Of a stretch of DNA of 47,182 bases, positions 22,292 to 32,132 are shown piece by piece (positions within the stretch are counted from its first letter, which is position 1; the number at the start of each line of letters is the position of its first letter). Source of the DNA: Helicobacter sp. CLO-3 (lineage in GTDB: Bacteria > Campylobacterota > Campylobacteria > Campylobacterales > Helicobacteraceae); the NCBI RefSeq assembly GCF_001854545.1, contig NZ_MLQN01000019.1, forward strand, positions 1-47,182, given 5' to 3'. A program made the position numbers and the translations under genes. Below the pieces are notes generated by a model. It worked only from the letters and a program-made list of their open reading frames with translations. It made no database searches and had not been told where the DNA came from.

Positions 22292-22683
22292 GAATGCTTT
22301 GGGCGATGCGCTTGAAATATTTGCGGTGGCTGAAAATGTCTAAGTTTGGTTAGATGTGTTTAAGGCGGCTAAAAAATATTTGTGGTGCATTTGGATTTTG
22401 GTGCGATATTCTGATGTAATGTTTCACATGAAACTATGATTAGATTTGTGTCAGATTTTATGCTAGATTCTGCGCTTGATTTGGTATCGGATTCTGGTGT
22501 TTGGATTTTGTGACAGTAAATATGAAGCCAGAATCTAGCGCAGGATTTATACCAGCGGATTTATGCCAAATGGTAGAATCTAGATTCTGCCATCAAGCGC
22601 ACAAAAGCTAGAATCCAAAAGCCAAACAAAGTCACAAACAAAACCATAAACAAACCACAAACCAAATCACAAAAGGAGAGAAA

Positions 22684-22791
22684 ATGGAGCCATTGGAAAT
22701 ATTTTTGCTGGTGTTTTTGCTGGCAGTTTTGATAGGTGGTGTCAGCGCGTATGTATTTTTCATCAATGATAAAAACGACAAAAGAGGTTAA
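22684..22791 (+). CDS. 35-aa single-TM peptide ORF immediately upstream of queH (not in the supplied ORF track)
   Basis: ATG at 22684 preceded by SD AAAGGAGAG. Encodes MEPLEIFLLVFLLAVLIGGVSAYVFFINDKNDKRG. Its TAA at 22789-22791 lies 2 nt before the queH ATG. A CA-rich leader precedes it. Confidence 0.4.
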   Translation: MEPLEIFLLVFLLAVLIGGVSAYVFFINDKNDKRG

Positions 22792-22793
22792 AA

Positions 22794-24080
22794 ATGCTAG
22801 TGCATATTTGCTGTTCTGTGGATAGTCATTATTTTTTGAGCGAATTGCAGAAGGAGTTTCCGGGTGAGAAATTTACCGGATTTTTCTACAATCCAAACAT
22901 ACATCCAAAAAGCGAGCATGACCTGCGGCTTAGTGATGTGCGTAGAAGCTGTGAGATGCTAGGCATTAGCTTGATTGAAGGCAAATACGATGATACGAGC
23001 TGGTGTGAAGGCGTGCGCGGATTGGAAAATGAGCCGGAGAAGGGCGATAGATGCGTGCGATGCTTTGATATCCGCCTAGAAGAAAGCGCAAAAATCGCGC
23101 TAGAGCTTGGCGAGCAGAGATTTACCACGACTCTGCTCTCAAGCCCCATGAAAGAGCAAGAGGTGCTTTATCAGCAAGGCGATCAAATAGCGCAGATGCA
23201 TGGACTGGATTTTATCAAGATAAATGTCCGCAGTAATGGCGGCGTGCAGCGTCAAAATGAGCTAGCCAAAAAGGATAATCTCTATCGCCAAAATTATTGC
23301 GGGTGTAAATACGCGCTTACCAAGCAGCGCGAGAAGCAAGAGCGATTTAGCCTAGAATCCATAAGCGAGATAGGGCGGCGCGCACTGCCCGGGAGCATCG
23401 AGGAGCGACAAGAGACATTTGATAAGCGCAATCATTTGGAGCGAAATGGCAGGGACTATATACTGACGCAGAGAAAAATGCGGATATATCGTCTGCTATG
23501 GGGTAAAATCTCTTATAATGATGCTGTGATACCTAGCTATATTTTGGCGCATTCTGATAGCAGGAGTGCTAGGGTCGGCGCTATCGTCTGGATAAAAACT
23601 AGCGTAAAAATACCAAACAATGCACGAGCAAATCTGCTAAATCCGCCAGCATATTTGCCAACAAATTCGCCCACATATTCGTCCGCACATTCTCCCGCAC
23701 ATTTGCAAGGTTTTAGAGATACAAATGCGCTAGATTCTGGACTAGAATCCAAAAAAGTGGAAAAATCAGAAAAAGTAGAAAAATCAGATTCTGATGCTTT
23801 GCATATACATCTAGGCTTTGGCAAAAAGGATGATGCGCTGTTTATTTGTATGAAAGATTTCAACAAGCTTGCTTGCAGTGCCTATAAAAGAGCGCTAGAT
23901 ATGCTGTATCATCCGCCACGCTATGAAGTGGAGCTAGATATCCGCGCTTGTATTTGTGGCAGCGAGACGACAAATCCTATCATCATCATAGATAAGCCAA
24001 CCGAGCAGAATCTAAAGGTGGAGATAAAATCGCTTTTTCAAGAAGAGAAGGTATTTTGCATCACCGAAGCAGCGCGCTAG
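22794..24080 (+). CDS. queH: Epoxyqueuosine reductase QueH (DUF208) with a ~200-aa C-terminal extension
   Basis: N-terminal MLVHICCSVDS and CxxC ... CGCKYA cysteine motifs characteristic of DUF208/QueH. The C-terminal half carries an ESKKVEKSEKVEKSDSD low-complexity segment and a further Cys-containing region. Confidence 0.8.
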   Translation: MLVHICCSVDSHYFLSELQKEFPGEKFTGFFYNPNIHPKSEHDLRLSDVRRSCEMLGISLIEGKYDDTSWCEGVRGLENEPEKGDRCVRCFDIRLEESAKIALELGEQRFTTTLLSSPMKEQEVLYQQGDQIAQMHGLDFIKINVRSNGGVQRQNELAKKDNLYRQNYCGCKYALTKQREKQERFSLESISEIGRRALPGSIEERQETFDKRNHLERNGRDYILTQRKMRIYRLLWGKISYNDAVIPSYILAHSDSRSARVGAIVWIKTSVKIPNNARANLLNPPAYLPTNSPTYSSAHSPAHLQGFRDTNALDSGLESKKVEKSEKVEKSDSDALHIHLGFGKKDDALFICMKDFNKLACSAYKRALDMLYHPPRYEVELDIRACICGSETTNPIIIIDKPTEQNLKVEIKSLFQEEKVFCITEAAR

Positions 24081-24419
24081 ATTTGCGCGCTTAGATTCTG
24101 GTGTTTAGATTGTGGAGTTTGGATTCTAGTTTTGGCGTTTAGATTCTAGATTTTAGCTTTTGGATTCTGGCGCGCAAGTTTGCAAATGGATTCTAGCTCA
24201 AAATCTAGCACAAGATTCTAGCGCGTTTTGATAGCAGAATCTATGCAAAACCGCTTTATCTAGAATCCACTTTTTAAATATATTTCACCTATTTTTAGGG
24301 ATAAGATTCTAGAAAAGCATATAAAAGTCAATCAAATATTTTGAGTCAAAACGCGCAAAAACCACAACAAAACAAAAGCGCAAAATATAAACACCATAAG
24401 CCCACGCAAAAAATCAAAA

Positions 24420-24600
24420 AACGCAGAATCTAAATTTGCCAACCTCTCAAATTAAACCCAGCTAACCAAACCCATTCAATCAAATCCGGCCAACCAAACC
24501 CAGCAAATCAAACCCCACCCCAAAAACCCCACCCCAAAACTTTAGCTCCAAAACTTGAAGCCAAAATTTTGCTCCAAAACCCCACCCCAAAACTCAATAA
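24420..24600. repeat. Degenerate CA-rich tandem repeats (CCAAAAYC / CCCCACCCCAAAA units) in the queH-fabZ intergenic region
   Basis: ccccaccccaaaa occurs three times, with repeated aaccaaaccc / ccaaaac units. Similar degenerate arrays occur at 36180-36300 and 46900-47100. Confidence 0.5.
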
Positions 24601-24646
24601 TCACAATAATAAAACATAATAAAGCAAAAATTAGAAAATATTAATG

Positions 24647-24652
24647 TATAAT
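24647..24652 (+). promoter_or_regulatory. Candidate -10 element (TGTATAAT) for the fabZ-lpxA-clpX-mreBC operon
   Basis: TATAAT at 24647-24652 preceded by TG, about 50 nt upstream of the preferred fabZ start. Follows a 560-bp repeat-rich intergenic region. Confidence 0.35.
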
Positions 24653-24703
24653 GGCGCACTTTTTCTTGATTTAAAAAGGCATTCTCGAGTTGAAAGGCAC
24701 TCC

Positions 24704-25219
24704 ATGACGGACACAAAAGCGACAGAGACAGACATAACACTAGATGTAAATCAGATTAAAAAAATCCTTCCGCATCGCTACCCCTTGCTTCTTGTCGATC
24801 GCATCACGAAGTTTCAGCCAAATGCGTTTATCGAGGGCTACAAAAATGTGACGATAAATGAAGAAATCTTCCTAGGGCATTTTCCCAACAAGCCCATATA
24901 TCCGGGCGTGATGATTATTGAGGGCATGGCGCAAGCGGGCGGCGTGCTGGCGTTTATGAGTATGTGGGGCGATGATTTGGCTGCTGCGGAGAACAAAATC
25001 GTGTATTTTATGACGATAGACAAGGTAAAATTCCGCGTGCCAGTGGTGCCCGGCGATAGGCTCGAATACCGCCTAGAAGTCATCAAAAACAAAGGCGCGG
25101 TGTGGGCGCTTGATGCCAAAGCATTTGTGGATGGCAAAATGGTGTGCGAAGCGGAGCTAAAAGCGATGGTCGCCGATAATGACAACGCTGACAACGCCAG
25201 CAACAGCGCACGAGGCTAG
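24704..25219 (+). CDS. fabZ: 3-hydroxyacyl-[ACP] dehydratase FabZ
   Basis: Hotdog-fold motifs LPHRYPLLLVDRI, GHFPNKPIYPGVMIIEGMAQ. Start placed at the ATG at 24704 (SD GAAAGG), because the track start at 24644 overlaps the candidate -10. Asp/Asn-rich C-terminal tail. Confidence 0.9.
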   Translation: MTDTKATETDITLDVNQIKKILPHRYPLLLVDRITKFQPNAFIEGYKNVTINEEIFLGHFPNKPIYPGVMIIEGMAQAGGVLAFMSMWGDDLAAAENKIVYFMTIDKVKFRVPVVPGDRLEYRLEVIKNKGAVWALDAKAFVDGKMVCEAELKAMVADNDNADNASNSARG

Positions 25220-25221
25220 CA

Positions 25222-26013
25222 ATGAGTCAGAGCAAAATCGCAAAAACAGCCATCATCGCCAAAGGCGCGCAAATCGATGAGGGCGTGGAAATCGGGGATT
25301 TTTGCGTCATCGGCGAAGGGGTAAAAATCGCCAGCGGCACCAAACTCTATAATGGCGTGACGATACTAGGCGACACCACTATCGGCAGGGATAACACCAT
25401 ATTCCCCTACGCCGTGCTAGGCACGATACCACAAGACCTAAAATATGCCGGCGAAAAAGTAGAGCTCATCATCGGCGATCGCAACTCTATCCGCGAGCAT
25501 TGTATGTTTAACCCCGGCACGGAAGGTGGCATCGGCAAAACAATCATCGGTAATGACAATCTTTTCATGGCATTCGTGCATATCGCGCATGATTGCGTCG
25601 TGGGAAATCACTGCATCCTTGCCAACAACGCCACGCTAGGCGGGCATATCGCGTTGGGCGATTATGTAAATATCGGCGGGATGACGCCGGTGCATCAGTT
25701 TGTGCGTATAGGCGATGGCGCGATGATAGCGGGCGCTTCTGCTTTGTCGCAAGACATACCGCCTTATTGCATGGCAGAGGGCAATCGCGCTGTGATTCGC
25801 GGGCTAAACAAACACCGCATGCGAAAGCTATTTGAAAGCACAGAGATAGATGCGATAAGCCACCTTTACAAAGAGCTTTTTGCCGCGACTTCTATGCGCG
25901 CACTCGCTCAAGAAAAGCTAGATTCTGCCCCAGAGCTAGAATCTATCACCAATATCTGTCGCTTTGTCGTAGAATCCGAGCGCGGCATTCCAATACGCAA
26001 GGGGAAAGAATGA
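25222..26013 (+). CDS. lpxA: Acyl-[ACP]--UDP-N-acetylglucosamine O-acyltransferase LpxA
   Basis: Left-handed beta-helix hexapeptide repeats, 263 aa, in the fabZ-lpxA arrangement conserved among Gram-negatives. Confidence 0.9.
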   Translation: MSQSKIAKTAIIAKGAQIDEGVEIGDFCVIGEGVKIASGTKLYNGVTILGDTTIGRDNTIFPYAVLGTIPQDLKYAGEKVELIIGDRNSIREHCMFNPGTEGGIGKTIIGNDNLFMAFVHIAHDCVVGNHCILANNATLGGHIALGDYVNIGGMTPVHQFVRIGDGAMIAGASALSQDIPPYCMAEGNRAVIRGLNKHRMRKLFESTEIDAISHLYKELFAATSMRALAQEKLDSAPELESITNICRFVVESERGIPIRKGKE

Positions 26014-27293
26014 AGCGAGTTTGCGATTTTTGCGGACAAGAGCGCGAAGCAAACCAAGTCATACAAGGCGCTGGCGGGCGCAATGGTAGCAATATCTGCA
26101 TATCATGCATAGGCGGGCTATACAAAAGCATCGCGCAATCAGGCATCGATATGGATTCTATGCCTAGCACTTCCAAAGAGCGCTTGGATGGCGATAGATT
26201 CTCCTTGCAAAACATCCCCACACCAAAAGAGATGAAAGCAAGGTTGGATGATTATGTGATAGGGCAGGATAGCGCGAAAAAAGTCTTTTCTGTCGCGGTT
26301 TATAACCACTACAAAAGAATCGCTAGCAATATGGCAAGCGCGAATAATAGCGATGATGTCGAGATTTCCAAATCAAACATTTTGCTGATAGGCCCCACAG
26401 GCAGCGGCAAAACGCTTATGGCGCAGACTTTGGCGCGATTTTTGGATGTGCCTATCGCAATTTCTGATGCGACAAGTCTCACAGAAGCGGGCTATGTCGG
26501 CGAAGATGTGGAAAATATCCTAACGCGCCTCTATCAAGCAGCGGGGAATGATGAGAAAAAGGCGCAAATGGGGATAGTGTTTATCGATGAGATTGACAAA
26601 ATCTCGCGCCTTTCCGAAAACCGCTCTATCACGCGCGATGTGAGCGGGGAGGGCGTGCAGCAGGCATTGCTAAAGATAATCGAGGGAAGCGTGGTAAATA
26701 TCCCACCAAAAGGCGGCAGAAAGCATCCAAACCAAGAATTTATCCAAATAGACACGACCAATATTTTATTTATCTGCGGTGGTGCGTTTGATGGGCTTAG
26801 TGACATCATCAAGCGGCGCATGGGGAGCAATACGCTAGGCTTTGGACAGACGCAAAAAACAAAAGATGAGCGCGAGGATGTGCTAGAGCTTGTGGAGCCT
26901 GATGATTTGGTGAGCTATGGGCTGATACCAGAGCTTATCGGGCGGCTGCATATCATCGCCACGCTAAAGCCTATCACCAAAGAAGCGATGATAGAGATTC
27001 TGACAAAGCCCAAAAACTCGCTAATCAAGCAGTATCAAAAGCTTTTTGAGCTCGATGATGTGGAGCTTGAGTTTGAGGAGGGCGCGGTGGAGAAAATCGC
27101 AGAGCTTGCAATCGCTAGGAAAACAGGGGCGCGCGGGCTGCGAGCGATCATCGAGGAATTTACCACGGATATTATGTTTGATTTGCCCTCCATGCGTAAT
27201 TGCAAGGTGGTGATTACCAAAGATTGCATCGAGCACAAATCCAAACCTCTCGTGCTAAAGCGCAAAAAAATATCTAAAGTTCAAGGAGCGTAG
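26010..27293 (+). CDS. clpX: ATP-dependent Clp protease ATP-binding subunit ClpX
   Basis: N-terminal C4 zinc finger (CDFCG ... CISCIG), Walker A GPTGSGKT, Walker [10 protein letters not shown], sensor and arginine-finger regions. ATGA overlap with lpxA. Confidence 0.95.
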   Translation: MKRVCDFCGQEREANQVIQGAGGRNGSNICISCIGGLYKSIAQSGIDMDSMPSTSKERLDGDRFSLQNIPTPKEMKARLDDYVIGQDSAKKVFSVAVYNHYKRIASNMASANNSDDVEISKSNILLIGPTGSGKTLMAQTLARFLDVPIAISDATSLTEAGYVGEDVENILTRLYQAAGNDEKKAQMGIVFIDEIDKISRLSENRSITRDVSGEGVQQALLKIIEGSVVNIPPKGGRKHPNQEFIQIDTTNILFICGGAFDGLSDIIKRRMGSNTLGFGQTQKTKDEREDVLELVEPDDLVSYGLIPELIGRLHIIATLKPITKEAMIEILTKPKNSLIKQYQKLFELDDVELEFEEGAVEKIAELAIARKTGARGLRAIIEEFTTDIMFDLPSMRNCKVVITKDCIEHKSKPLVLKRKKISKVQGA

Positions 27294-27295
27294 AA

Positions 27296-28336
27296 GTGTT
27301 GTTAAACAAACTTATTGGAATGTTTTCGCATGATATTGCGATAGATTTAGGCACAGCAAATACGATAGTGTTGCTAAAAGGGCAGGGCATCATCATCAAT
27401 GAGCCCTCAATCGTGGCGGTGCGCGTGGATCGCTTCGATAGGGATGGCGAGATCCTAGCAGTGGGGCATGAAGCCAAAGAAATGGTAGGCAAAACCCCAA
27501 GCGGAATCCAAGCCATACGCCCGATGAAAGATGGCGTCATCGCGGATTTTGATGTGACAGAGAAGATGATACGCTACTTCATCGAAAAAGCGCATAACCG
27601 CAAATCGCTCATCCGCCCGCGCATCATGGTGTGCGTGCCTTATGGGCTTACTGGCGTGGAGCGCAAAGCGGTGAAAGAATCTGCTATGAGTGCGGGTGCT
27701 AGAGAAGTCTATCTCATAGAAGAGCCCATGGCAGCAGCGATAGGCGCAGGGCTTCCTATCAAAGAGCCACAAGGAAGCCTCATCGTAGATATTGGCGGTG
27801 GCACGACAGAGATCGGCGTCATTTCTCTTGGCGGACTCGTGATATCCAAATCCATCCGCGTAGCAGGCGATAAGCTAGACATGGCTATCGTAAATCATGT
27901 GCGCAAACATTACAACCTCCTCATCGGCGAGCGCGCGGGCGAAGAGATAAAAATCCAAATCGGCGCAGCAGCGCCGCTAGAGCAGCCGCTATCTATGCAG
28001 ATAAAAGGGCGCGATCAAGTAAGCGGACTGCTAAACACCATAGAGCTTACGAGCGAGGATATACGCGAGGCTATCAAAGATCAGTTGCGCGAGATAAGCG
28101 GCGCGGTAAAAAGCGTCATCGAAGCGGTGCCGGCGGATCTTGCGGGCGATTTGGTGGAAAATGGACTCACGCTTACTGGCGGGGGCGCGCTTATACGCGG
28201 GCTTGATAGGTATCTCTCTGATGCGATTAAGCTACCGGTATTTATCGGCGATGAGCCGCTGCTAGCAGTCGCCAAAGGCACGGGCAAAGCTATCGAAGAG
28301 CTAGACATCCTGCATAATACCAGTCGCTATGAATAG
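27296..28336 (+). CDS. mreB: Rod-shape-determining actin homologue MreB (GTG start)
   Basis: MLLNKLIGMFSHDIAIDLGTANTIV matches the MreB N-terminus as I recall it for H. pylori (MIFSKLIGLFSHDIAIDLGTANTIV). SD AAGGAG 7 nt before the GTG. 346 aa. Confidence 0.95.
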   Translation: MLLNKLIGMFSHDIAIDLGTANTIVLLKGQGIIINEPSIVAVRVDRFDRDGEILAVGHEAKEMVGKTPSGIQAIRPMKDGVIADFDVTEKMIRYFIEKAHNRKSLIRPRIMVCVPYGLTGVERKAVKESAMSAGAREVYLIEEPMAAAIGAGLPIKEPQGSLIVDIGGGTTEIGVISLGGLVISKSIRVAGDKLDMAIVNHVRKHYNLLIGERAGEEIKIQIGAAAPLEQPLSMQIKGRDQVSGLLNTIELTSEDIREAIKDQLREISGAVKSVIEAVPADLAGDLVENGLTLTGGGALIRGLDRYLSDAIKLPVFIGDEPLLAVAKGTGKAIEELDILHNTSRYE

Positions 28337-28350
28337 CCGGCGGGACGCCC

Positions 28351-29157
28351 ATGCGCTACCAATCTTTGACAATCGCCGTTGTTTTGCTAGCGATTGTTTT
28401 TATCGCTGTAGATTCTAGCAAGTTTTTGCAAAGACATATCGCAGCAGTGGGCGATGGGATAAAGATTTTTGTCCTAGATTCTAAAGATTCCATATCGCTT
28501 TCTTATCGCAAATACATCTCTCAAGCACAATCCATAGAAGAATACGAACAAAAGCTAAAAGACTATGAAAGACTAGAGCTAGAGCTAAAACACGCGCAAA
28601 ATGAGCTTGATAATCTCGTGGTGTTTGACACACAGCAGGCGTTTTATAATGATGCTAGATTCTTGCCCTCCAGAGCGTATTCTTATGTGAATATGGGCGA
28701 TTATAGTCGCGTGTGGCTAAACTTTGATGTGAAAGATTATCCAGAGGATAGAATCTTTGGCGTGGTGCAGGATAATAAGGTGCTAGGCATTGCTATCATG
28801 GAGGATGGGCGGCTGATGGGGCTGCTAAATGGCGACAAAAAAAGCAGCTATAGCGTGTATGTGGGTGATGAAAAAGTGCCCGCTATCGTGCATGCTAGCG
28901 CGCTTACGAGCGATAATATCACCGCGGATTTCATCCCCTCATGGAAAAAGATAAACATAGGCGATCAGGTTTTCACCAGCGGGCTAGATGGGATATTTAT
29001 CGAGGGCATAGCGGTGGGCGAGGTGGTGAGCGTGAATTATGATTTTGGCTATATTTCTGCGGAAGTGAAGCCATACGCGCAGCAAACCGGGCTTGGATAT
29101 ATGTGGCTAATAGACACCAATGTCCCGGTGCAAACTAGCGCAAAAGAGGCGTTTTGA
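28351..29157 (+). CDS. mreC: Rod-shape-determining protein MreC
   Basis: N-terminal TM helix, coiled-coil segment (KLKDYERLELELKHAQNELDNL) and a C-terminal beta-rich domain. Immediately follows mreB. Confidence 0.7.
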   Translation: MRYQSLTIAVVLLAIVFIAVDSSKFLQRHIAAVGDGIKIFVLDSKDSISLSYRKYISQAQSIEEYEQKLKDYERLELELKHAQNELDNLVVFDTQQAFYNDARFLPSRAYSYVNMGDYSRVWLNFDVKDYPEDRIFGVVQDNKVLGIAIMEDGRLMGLLNGDKKSSYSVYVGDEKVPAIVHASALTSDNITADFIPSWKKINIGDQVFTSGLDGIFIEGIAVGEVVSVNYDFGYISAEVKPYAQQTGLGYMWLIDTNVPVQTSAKEAF

Positions 29158-29190
29158 TAGCACAAATGCCTAAAACAAAATAGGCGCATC

Positions 29191-32019
29191 ATGCAAAAAT
29201 ATCTTGAGATGCTGCATTCTGCTAAAAGCAAGCAAGAATTGCGCGCGGTGCTGCTTGGCATCATCGGTGCTATCGTGGCAGAATCGCGCGAAGTTTTGGC
29301 TAGAGAAAATGCGGGCAAGGCGAGTAAAGCGGGCAAGGCTATCGGCGGGGGCGTGGAAGGTGGTGCAGAATCTAAAAATGCCAGCACAGATTCTCGCAAT
29401 GCAGCATCTGGTGCAGAATCTAAAAATATAGATTCTAGCGATACTCATAACAAGCCACAAAGCATATTCTATCAAGCAAGTTTTTTGAGAGAGATATCCC
29501 AGTACCACGATATCTTTATACAAATTTTTAGCATTTTTCGAGACAAACTTTTTGGGATTCTTGATAGTGGCGATATTTTGGATTCTGCGTTTTTGTATTT
29601 GGCATTTATCGCGCCGGCGGATTTGGAGCTGGATGAGCGATTTTTGCCATTTATCCGCCTTGCAGATAAAATGCTAGCGCGGGATTCTAGCGACGCCAGC
29701 GTTGCAAGTCAAGCAACTATGACAAGCCCAGAAGAATGGGTGATGCTAACCGAGCTTGGTGCTATCGCCAGAGTGCTATACGCGCCGATGCATCAAAGCA
29801 GAAGCATTTTTGCTAGCATGCAAAAAAGCGCACCATGTGAAACAAGCGCGACAATCAAAGACAAAATAGCAGAATCTAGCTCGCCAAAATCTGACTTGCC
29901 AGAATCTATAGATTCTGCAAATCCTGCACCAAACAGCGCGCTAGAATCTAGCTCACTAGAATCTAGCCTGCAAAACACAAGCGCCAGCGCATTAGATTCT
30001 AGCATATCAGAATCCACACCATCCATATTGTCCGCACCATCCGCGCCCTGCTCTACGCGCGCCACTTCACACACGACATCCGCGCCACGCGACGCGCTAG
30101 ATACCAACCCGCTAGATAGCCTCATGTTTTTTACTACGAACATGCTTTTGACTAGCATAGATAGCCTGCCAGCGAGTCAATGCATCAAATTTATCATGGA
30201 AGCGTTTGAGGTTTTCAAACTCGGCTTTTCTTTGCTAAAGCCAGCACTTCATGGTGCGTTTGCGCGCGCGAGTAGTCCTATCATGCGGCGCAATATTTGC
30301 AATTGGCAGCTGCATATTTTTTGGAATATCCCGCATTTGTTTAACAATCGCGAGTGGCTTTGCCTCTATGATCTATGGAAAAGCGAGCTATACAGAATGA
30401 TAGCGCGCGCGGAATCTCTTGGTGTCGTAGAATCTGGCGCGCCAGATTTTGCACTACTATCCGCGCTTGATGAGGTGCTGTATATGCAGTTTTTCATCTA
30501 TCATATGTGTGGCAATAGCTTTAGCACGCAAGAGCAATGGCGCGCGTTTAATGATGAAGTTTCTAGAAAAACCACGCCGCTATATAAGGCATTTAGTGAT
30601 AAATTTCTGCCAAAACTAGATTCTGGACTAGAATCTAGTTTAGAATCCACCGCTAGCCAGCAACCCAAGCAACCCCAACAGCCCACCAAACAAAAGCAAA
30701 AGCGCATCGTCATAGGATTTTTGCGCGATCGCATAGTAGAAAACTCCCCTTTCAAAATCGAATACAGCCTTTTCAAAAACCTCCTTTCACATGAGGAATT
30801 TGCCAAGCGTTATGAGATCAAAATCTACTGCATGAGCCTCATAGAAAAATCAGAAAATAACCCTATCCCCCTCGCTAAAATCGCTAGCCTAAACATAGAA
30901 ACCATAGACATCGGACTAGGATTTAACAAAGCAGGATTCTACAACTCGCATTTGCAAAAAGCCTTGGCACTCCGCGAAATCATCCAAAAAGATGGCGTGC
31001 AAGTGCTTATCAGCCCAAATAATGGCTATGGGATCAGTGATTTTCTGCTGGCTAGCAGGAGCGCGCGCGTGCAGGTGTTTTACACGCATGGCAATTTTGT
31101 GTATGATATTTGTGGGATTGATGCGCGTATGACGCATATTTGCGATAATCAGCGCGAGATTATCCACGAGGGCTTTAGCTTTTATGGGATTCCGGTGAAA
31201 ATGGATGATGAGTTTTACACACCCACACTTCCGCCTGCGCTCATAGAATCCGAGCGCGCCAAATATCCGCTGGATAAAAAAATCATGGGCGTGATAGGGC
31301 GGCTTACCAAAATAGATTCTGCTCCTTATCTGCGCGCGATTTGTGAGATTCTAGAAAAGCGCGAGGATTGGATATATCTTGCATGCGGGCTTGGCAATGA
31401 GCAAGAAATCCGCCGCAAAATAGATGCTATCGCGCCAGAGCTCTCCGGCAGGTTTTTCTTCGCTGGTTATGTAGATAGCGGGGTGTATGGGCATATTATT
31501 GACTTTTGGGCGGATAGTTTTCCTATGGAGCAGGGCGAGAGTCGCATCGAGTATGTGGCGAAATCGCGTGGGCTGGCGCTGCGCTACTATCGCACTCCAG
31601 AATCTAGCCTGCTAGCGCAAGTGGCAAATCAGCTAGAATCCACGCGCGGCGTGATAGAGGAGATCTGCGCGGATTCTCATGCGCTTGGCGAGATTTTGGG
31701 CGAGGGTGGTGCCGAGTGCGCTGGGGTTGAGCGCGCTGGAGTTGGCGCAAATAGATTATTTGAGGATTTTGCTAGCTACAAAAGTGTGGCGATAGAGTTT
31801 TTTAAGAATCTAAGCGCGTTTGATGAAGCGGAGTATGTGGCTAAAGCATTGGCCATCACGCAAGATTTTGGGGGAAATAGTGGCGTCGATATGGATGTCA
31901 ATATCAACACAAAGCACTTATTGCAGATCCAAAGCGCGCTGCATCGCATGAGTGGCGAGATAAAATCGCGCCTTGGCGAGCGATATTTTCTAGACTTTTT
32001 GCATAGATTTGGCGTTTGA
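29191..32019 (+). CDS. Large (942 aa) protein: N-terminal helical plus Ser-rich low-complexity region fused to a C-terminal GT41 (OGT/HMW1C-like) glycosyltransferase domain
   Basis: The C-terminal ~440 aa align by eye with GT41 consensus segments. RIVIGFLRDRIVENSP matches LRVGYVSSDFGNHP. VQVLISPNNGYGISDFLLASRSARVQVFYTHGNFVYDICGIDARMTHICD matches [48 protein letters not shown]. The N-terminal ~500 aa are helical and interrupted by AESK/DSS/LESS low-complexity runs. Confidence 0.55.
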   Translation: MQKYLEMLHSAKSKQELRAVLLGIIGAIVAESREVLARENAGKASKAGKAIGGGVEGGAESKNASTDSRNAASGAESKNIDSSDTHNKPQSIFYQASFLREISQYHDIFIQIFSIFRDKLFGILDSGDILDSAFLYLAFIAPADLELDERFLPFIRLADKMLARDSSDASVASQATMTSPEEWVMLTELGAIARVLYAPMHQSRSIFASMQKSAPCETSATIKDKIAESSSPKSDLPESIDSANPAPNSALESSSLESSLQNTSASALDSSISESTPSILSAPSAPCSTRATSHTTSAPRDALDTNPLDSLMFFTTNMLLTSIDSLPASQCIKFIMEAFEVFKLGFSLLKPALHGAFARASSPIMRRNICNWQLHIFWNIPHLFNNREWLCLYDLWKSELYRMIARAESLGVVESGAPDFALLSALDEVLYMQFFIYHMCGNSFSTQEQWRAFNDEVSRKTTPLYKAFSDKFLPKLDSGLESSLESTASQQPKQPQQPTKQKQKRIVIGFLRDRIVENSPFKIEYSLFKNLLSHEEFAKRYEIKIYCMSLIEKSENNPIPLAKIASLNIETIDIGLGFNKAGFYNSHLQKALALREIIQKDGVQVLISPNNGYGISDFLLASRSARVQVFYTHGNFVYDICGIDARMTHICDNQREIIHEGFSFYGIPVKMDDEFYTPTLPPALIESERAKYPLDKKIMGVIGRLTKIDSAPYLRAICEILEKREDWIYLACGLGNEQEIRRKIDAIAPELSGRFFFAGYVDSGVYGHIIDFWADSFPMEQGESRIEYVAKSRGLALRYYRTPESSLLAQVANQLESTRGVIEEICADSHALGEILGEGGAECAGVERAGVGANRLFEDFASYKSVAIEFFKNLSAFDEAEYVAKALAITQDFGGNSGVDMDVNINTKHLLQIQSALHRMSGEIKSRLGERYFLDFLHRFGV

Positions 32020-32132
32020 GATTCCAAACTATGCAAAACCATGCAAAGCACCCAGAATCTAGATTCTGGTAATTTGACAGCTTAAAGCTAGCGCAAAATC
32101 CAGCCAAACCAAAGAAGCAAAAAGGAGCAAAC

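Noticed and set aside
24644-24703. Track start of fabZ at 24644
   Set aside because: The ATG lies inside the candidate TGTATAAT -10 element. The ATG at 24704 has an SD and gives a normal FabZ N-terminus.
29793-30158. 121-aa minus-strand ORF inside the GT41 gene
   Set aside because: Antisense to a long, well-supported ORF within Ser-rich repeat DNA.
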